In this document: positions 59,373 through 64,000 of the stretch, piece after piece
Numbering within the stretch: position 1 is the stretch's first letter
How the letters are laid out: every line of letters starts with the position of its first letter
Origin: an uncultured Methanomassiliicoccales archaeon
GTDB taxonomy: Archaea; Thermoplasmatota; Thermoplasmata; SG8-5
Direction of reading: 5' to 3'
Length of the DNA stretch: 64,000 nt
NCBI GenBank assembly: GCA_938004075.1
Contig: CALKWP010000013.1
Location: 11,734 to 75,733 of the forward strand
Position numbers and translations under genes: made by a program
The notes under the pieces: model-generated
The model's input: only the letters and a program-made list of their open reading frames with translations
The model's database searches: none
What the model was told of the DNA's origin: nothing

Positions 59373-60725
59373 ATGCGCATGAGCGACGACGAGCAGCTTG
59401 ACAGGGCGAAACTTCCCGGCAGAAAGGCCATGAGCTGGCACCCGTTCTACCGCGGGAAAACAGAGGTCATCAGCAAGTGCCGCGTCAGCGATTTCTCCGA
59501 TTTCGGCGTGTGGTACACCCCCGGCGTCGCTGAGCCATGCCTGGACATCGCCAGGAATCCGGATATGGTCTTCGAGCATACCAACAGATGGAATTACATT
59601 GCTGTGGCGTCCAACGGGACGCGCGTCCTCGGGCTCGGGGACATCGGGCCGCTGGCCGGGTATCCTGTCATGGAAGGAAAGTCTCTTCTCTTCAAGTACC
59701 TGGGCGGGGTGGATTCCACAGCCCTGATGATCGACACCAAGGACCCGGACAGATTCATTGAGACCGTTAAAATGGTCGCGCCCACCTTCGGCGGCATCAA
59801 CCTGGAGGATATCCGGACGCCGGATTGCTTCTACATCCTGGACCGGCTCAGAAGGGAACTGGATATTCCTGTCTGGCATGATGACCAGCAGGGAACGGCG
59901 GCGATAACGCTGGCCGGTGTCATCAACGGCCTCAAGGTGGCAGGGAAGAAACTGCCGGATGTCAGGATTACCCTTGTCGGCGCCGGCGCGGCCAACATCT
60001 GCCTGGCCAATACCCTGATAAAGGCGGGCGCGGACCCGAGAAAACTGATAGTTGTGGACAGCAAGGGCTGCGTCCATTCCCACCGCCAGGATATCGAGGC
60101 AGACAGGGAGAGGAACCTTAAGAAGTGGGAACTGGCCGAATGCACCAACCCGGAATGCCTGGAAGGCGGCATCCCCGTGGCGGTCCAGGGCGCCGACGTC
60201 CTGGTCAGCGCCTCGAAGCCCGGCCCCGGGACGATCAGAAAGGAATGGCTGAGGGGCATGGCCCACAACCCTGTCGTATTCGCTGAGGCGAACCCGGTTC
60301 CAGAGATATGGCCCTGGGAGGCAAAGGAAGCGGGAGTGAGGATATTCGGCACCGGCAGGTCTGATTTCCCGAACCAGGTGAATAATTCGATAGGATTTCC
60401 GGGAATTTTCAGAGGCACCTTGGATGTCAGAGCCAGCACAATAACCGATGAGATGCACATCGCTGCCGCTTATTCCATTGCGAAAACCGCAGAGGACAAA
60501 GGAATCCACGAGGAGTATCTTGTGCCCACCATGGAGGAGCTGGACGTGTTCGTGAACACGGCCGTTGCGGTCGCCGAGAAGGCCATGGAGCAGGGCGTGG
60601 CAAGAGTGAAGAAATCAAGGCAGGAACTGAGGGAGACTGCCGAGTTCCTGATCACATCCTCCAGGGGGAAGACGAAGCTGATGATGGAGAACGGTTTTAT
60701 TCGAGAGCCCCCCAACGTGGATTAG
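59373..60725 (+). CDS. NAD(P)-dependent malic enzyme
   Basis: YTPGVAEPC, LGLGDIG..AGYPVMEGK, HDDQQGTA, GAGAAN, TGRSDFPNQVNN. Confidence 0.93.
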   Translation: MRMSDDEQLDRAKLPGRKAMSWHPFYRGKTEVISKCRVSDFSDFGVWYTPGVAEPCLDIARNPDMVFEHTNRWNYIAVASNGTRVLGLGDIGPLAGYPVMEGKSLLFKYLGGVDSTALMIDTKDPDRFIETVKMVAPTFGGINLEDIRTPDCFYILDRLRRELDIPVWHDDQQGTAAITLAGVINGLKVAGKKLPDVRITLVGAGAANICLANTLIKAGADPRKLIVVDSKGCVHSHRQDIEADRERNLKKWELAECTNPECLEGGIPVAVQGADVLVSASKPGPGTIRKEWLRGMAHNPVVFAEANPVPEIWPWEAKEAGVRIFGTGRSDFPNQVNNSIGFPGIFRGTLDVRASTITDEMHIAAAYSIAKTAEDKGIHEEYLVPTMEELDVFVNTAVAVAEKAMEQGVARVKKSRQELRETAEFLITSSRGKTKLMMENGFIREPPNVD

Positions 60726-63517
60726 GGCTTCCTGCGGTGGCGGATGATGAGCGAGATGAGTATTGCAACCGCGAATATGGCGACCAGGGCCAGGACTGTT
60801 TCCCCGGTGTATGTTCTAGGGGACGGCGAGGGCACCGGAATGGCATCCACGATGTAGAGGTTGACGGAATTCTCGCCTTTTAGATTGCTACTAGTTGGGT
60901 GGATTGCGACGGCAGTCAGGACATACTCTATGACGGAGCCATCATCATTTGGCAGGTTGGTGGCGGTGACCTTGAACATCGCCTTGCCGTCGGCATCGGT
61001 CAGCACGTCCGTCGGCTCCACAGTTGGGATATCCGGTGATGCAAGCAGGACAACACTGGCCCCCGCCACCGGATCGCCGTCCTGGTCCGTGACATGAACC
61101 TGGGCGTAGGTGAATCCTAATGAGCCAGCTGAATTACAATCTGGGTCTATTGTGTCCGGGTCAGCAGACATGGTGAGGGTAATAAAGGGAGCACCAGCGG
61201 GATAAACCCTGATGAGAGTGAGCCTGCTCGGGGAAGGGTCGTACTCCCACCCGGTCGAGTTTGTGTACGTGGCCACTTTAATCTGGATTATCGCCTCGGT
61301 CCCGTTGGCGACCGCAAACGTGTCCAGCGGAGAGACGTATGGCGCGGTGTAGGATGTGGTGAACTTTCCGGTTGATGAAGTGTAGCCCATCCCCTGTTCC
61401 AGCGAGCCTACCGAGGCACTCAGCAGCACCTGGGCGCCCTCGACTGGGTTCCCGTCCTGGTCCTTCATCTGCACGGTGATAGGTGTGGTGGAGTTGGAGA
61501 CCACAGCAGACGGCGGGCTCACGAACTGGGCGTTGGCCTTCCAAGGCCCGGGCGCCCGGATGTTGTATATGGATTCCCGGTTGAATATCGAACCGGTGCC
61601 GCCAACGACCCAGCCGGTGAATCGGTCCGACCGGTAGGCTTCGACATTGGTTTTGAAATACAATGCATCGCAAGGAAGGTCATATGCAATGGCTGCCTGG
61701 GCGTCCAGCACGGCTTTCTTTTTAACGGAGAGATTCTCAATGCTACGGGCTAGCTCAATGATTTTGTCAAAAGTCTCATTTCTGTATCCGGGATAATTGT
61801 AGCCATGCTCCGCTTGACTGGAATGGAACAGGTCGTGAAGATATGCAACCGGATCGTTGCCAAGATGCCAGTCCAGAACATACATGTCGAAACAACGTTC
61901 ATTTGGCGTGGTGTATTGGGTGTTTCCGATTATCTGCAAAAGCGAAGTGAAATCCATGGCCACGGCTTCGGCATAGATTCCAACAATCCTTAATTGCGAG
62001 GCGATCATTATTGCTTCATGAGTATTTCTCGGATCATAATTCATTGCACGGAATAGAATTTTTATCTTGCCGTCGGGGGAGCTGCCTATGTTGGAACCAT
62101 TGGGATTGACCCACCAGTTCCCATTGCCTGCGGCGGCGATGGCGTCCTCGCCTGCCAGAAGGTGGAAATTGTATGTGCCTTCGTAAACCTTCACCTTGTA
62201 CCCGGCGTCGGCCAGTATCTGCTTGGCCTTGGTGGTGTTAAAATCATAAGTTGGCACCGAGGTATTGTACCAATCGCTGAAAGGCGGTACCGGGCCTGTT
62301 CCGGCAACACCGAGGTTGAGGAGCAGCCGCGTTACTATTCTCTGTTTATCGATGCAGTGCGCGATGGCCTGGCGCAGCGGTTTCCCGACATCCTCGCCGG
62401 TCTCGTTGTACCCGAAGGATTTTCGTCTCATGTTGTAAGCCAGGCATGTGAATCCGGATTCCGGCGACTGCTGCAGCGCGACTCCTGGCTCGATGGTCAG
62501 CTCCTGCACGAAGCTCGGGGGCACAGACCAGGCGATGTAATCTATGTCATCGGCCTTCAGCGCCAGCACCGCCGCCTCCGCGGTCTTGAAAATCTTGTAG
62601 TTTATCCCATCGATGTTGGGCTGTTTGGCCAGCGACCGGTTGTACTCGTCGGTCCCGACATATTCCTTGTACTTGTAATCGTCCCGGAAGAAATGGCCGC
62701 GGAATGTCGTTATCTTGGACATCTGGCCCTTTGTCCAGGACTCGAACTTGAACGGCCCGCTGCCCACGGGCGGGTTGTTGCTGAAAGCAGTGGCGGGCGC
62801 TACCTGCCAGGACGCCGCGGAGTTCCTGTCATATCCCGGGTCGCACCAAATCTTCGCGCCGTCAACGGCCTGGCCAGATATTTTGTATGCCCAGATGTGC
62901 TCCGGGAGAAGGAATGTGAATAACGTGTCCCTGAAGAAATCGGCATAAGGTTCCTGCTGCCGGAACTTCACTGCCGCCCGCGTCCCGTTCTCCCAGACCT
63001 TGTACACTTCCAGCCATCCCGTTGATGTGAAATTATCCGCTTTCAGCGGGTTCATGGAGCCGGACCATTCCGGGAACTGGGCGGCAACGTGCATGGAGAA
63101 CATGATGTCACGGATGTCCATCTGGTGGCCGTCATGCCAGTACACGTTCTCGAAATCATAGAATATTATAGCCTCCTGCTTGGCTGGATCCGCCCAGGTT
63201 GATTTCGGCGAGTACCCGAAGTTGCCTATGGCGCAATCCTCCCAGGTTTCCGCCTTGCCAGAGGCGTTGGCTGAACCCACGGCGATGTACGGGGTGAGCT
63301 CGTCAGTTTCCGGGTTGACGCTTATCGGGCCGTCGAAGATATATCCCAGCACGTTCCAGGACCACACGTCGCTTGTCACCAAAGGGTTGAGGGACTTGAT
63401 ATCGTCCTGCATGCCCACACGCAAAACAAGCTCACCCCCGGAAGTTTGGCCGGAGGCGAGCAAAGGAGGAGATATCACCATCAGGGTCAGGATAATCGCT
63501 GCAACTCTTCTGTCCGT
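60722..63517 (-). CDS. ABC peptide substrate-binding protein (family 5) with Ig-like domains and C-terminal TM anchor
   Basis: DIKSLNP, WHDG...DI.FS, PVGSGPFKF, LRQAIAHCIDK; probable ACG start after GGTGA. Confidence 0.85.
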   Translation of the reverse strand, partial: TDRRVAAIILTLMVISPPLLASGQTSGGELVLRVGMQDDIKSLNPLVTSDVWSWNVLGYIFDGPISVNPETDELTPYIAVGSANASGKAETWEDCAIGNFGYSPKSTWADPAKQEAIIFYDFENVYWHDGHQMDIRDIMFSMHVAAQFPEWSGSMNPLKADNFTSTGWLEVYKVWENGTRAAVKFRQQEPYADFFRDTLFTFLLPEHIWAYKISGQAVDGAKIWCDPGYDRNSAASWQVAPATAFSNNPPVGSGPFKFESWTKGQMSKITTFRGHFFRDDYKYKEYVGTDEYNRSLAKQPNIDGINYKIFKTAEAAVLALKADDIDYIAWSVPPSFVQELTIEPGVALQQSPESGFTCLAYNMRRKSFGYNETGEDVGKPLRQAIAHCIDKQRIVTRLLLNLGVAGTGPVPPFSDWYNTSVPTYDFNTTKAKQILADAGYKVKVYEGTYNFHLLAGEDAIAAAGNGNWWVNPNGSNIGSSPDGKIKILFRAMNYDPRNTHEAIMIASQLRIVGIYAEAVAMDFTSLLQIIGNTQYTTPNERCFDMYVLDWHLGNDPVAYLHDLFHSSQAEHGYNYPGYRNETFDKIIELARSIENLSVKKKAVLDAQAAIAYDLPCDALYFKTNVEAYRSDRFTGWVVGGTGSIFNRESIYNIRAPGPWKANAQFVSPPSAVVSNSTTPITVQMKDQDGNPVEGAQVLLSASVGSLEQGMGYTSSTGKFTTSYTAPYVSPLDTFAVANGTEAIIQIKVATYTNSTGWEYDPSPSRLTLIRVYPAGAPFITLTMSADPDTIDPDCNSAGSLGFTYAQVHVTDQDGDPVAGASVVLLASPDIPTVEPTDVLTDADGKAMFKVTATNLPNDDGSVIEYVLTAVAIHPTSSNLKGENSVNLYIVDAIPVPSPSPRTYTGETVLALVAIFAVAILISLIIRHRRKP

Positions 63518-63624
63518 CTCATCACCTGCAAGGCAATCCCGGTGGAAAGTATATAATAAGATTGGTACGGCGTTTTGTAAATTATAAAAAGGTTGTTGTA
63601 CACTCGTTTGTAAGTGCCGGAGGT

Positions 63625-64000
63625 TTAGGCGCCTTTCTTCCCCTTCCTCCGCCACAGATAGACCGCGCACACCAGTATGATTATTGGAATAACAATGTAC
63701 GCCGGATTCCATCCTCCTGGCTGCTCGACCTGAACCGGCTCGACAGCAGGGGTCACCATTATGGAGACCTGGGCGGAGCCGCTGACATGCGCGACCTTGG
63801 AGGCGGTTATTGTGACGGTGCATTCCTGGGCGGTTTTGATATTCATGGCGATCAGCCGCATTCTCAGGTATCCCTCGGAATCGGTAAGGCCGGAGCTTGC
63901 CTCGAGGACGATGGCGGCTCCTTCGATGGTTACCATTACCGATGCGTCGGTGACAGGCAGGTTCTTCTCATCCAGCACGAGGATGTCGATGAAAGTGAAG
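63625..64000 (-). CDS. C-terminal part of a membrane-anchored Ig-like surface protein (truncated by the window)
   Basis: DEKNLPVTDASV, GLTDSEG, TM followed by basic tail RRKGKKGA. Confidence 0.7.
   Translation of the reverse strand, partial: FTFIDILVLDEKNLPVTDASVMVTIEGAAIVLEASSGLTDSEGYLRMRLIAMNIKTAQECTVTITASKVAHVSGSAQVSIMVTPAVEPVQVEQPGGWNPAYIVIPIIILVCAVYLWRRKGKKGA

Noticed and set aside
63518..63823. N-terminal extension of the 1033-aa ORF
   Set aside because: It overlaps another gene and the AT-rich promoter; the signal peptide and SD place the start at about 63517.
1..64000. CRISPR arrays, transposases, integrases, Sec/Pyl read-through
   Set aside because: No regularly spaced repeats, no recombinase motifs, and no identified gene appears split by an in-frame TGA/TAG.

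Overview
Archaeal chromosomal window, densely coding and mostly core genome. It carries aIF2-alpha, rps27e/rpl44e, the rpl7ae-rps28e-rpl24e-ndk operon, type II GAPDH, TiaS, Tsr3, DTD2, Dph2/Dph6, thermosome, FtsZ, Pop5, FEN1 and PheT. Gene content suggests a GC-rich, peptide-fermenting Thermoplasmata-like euryarchaeon (inference): tungsten AOR, POR, IOR, a methylcrotonyl-CoA carboxylase cluster, oligoendopeptidase F, a peptide-binding protein and a persulfide reductase-TusA-DsrE cluster. No CRISPR array, transposase or integrase was seen. The most unusual signals are non-coding. (1) A tRNA-Ser(UGA) with a non-canonical D-loop intron is nested between an extra copy of its 5' end (133 nt upstream, interrupted by a 74-nt insert) and an extra copy of its 3' end (131 nt downstream), with the gaps filled by abutting hairpins. 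(2) A ~200-nt array of seven closely packed hairpins lies between dph6 and the thermosome gene. Other notable items are a catalytically dead PEP-synthase-like protein heading the mfnA-dph2 run, an L7Ae 5'-UTR kink-turn, two likely non-canonical start codons (CTG, ACG) and a compositionally mosaic substrate-binding protein gene. All product calls come from motif recognition by eye; no searches were run.
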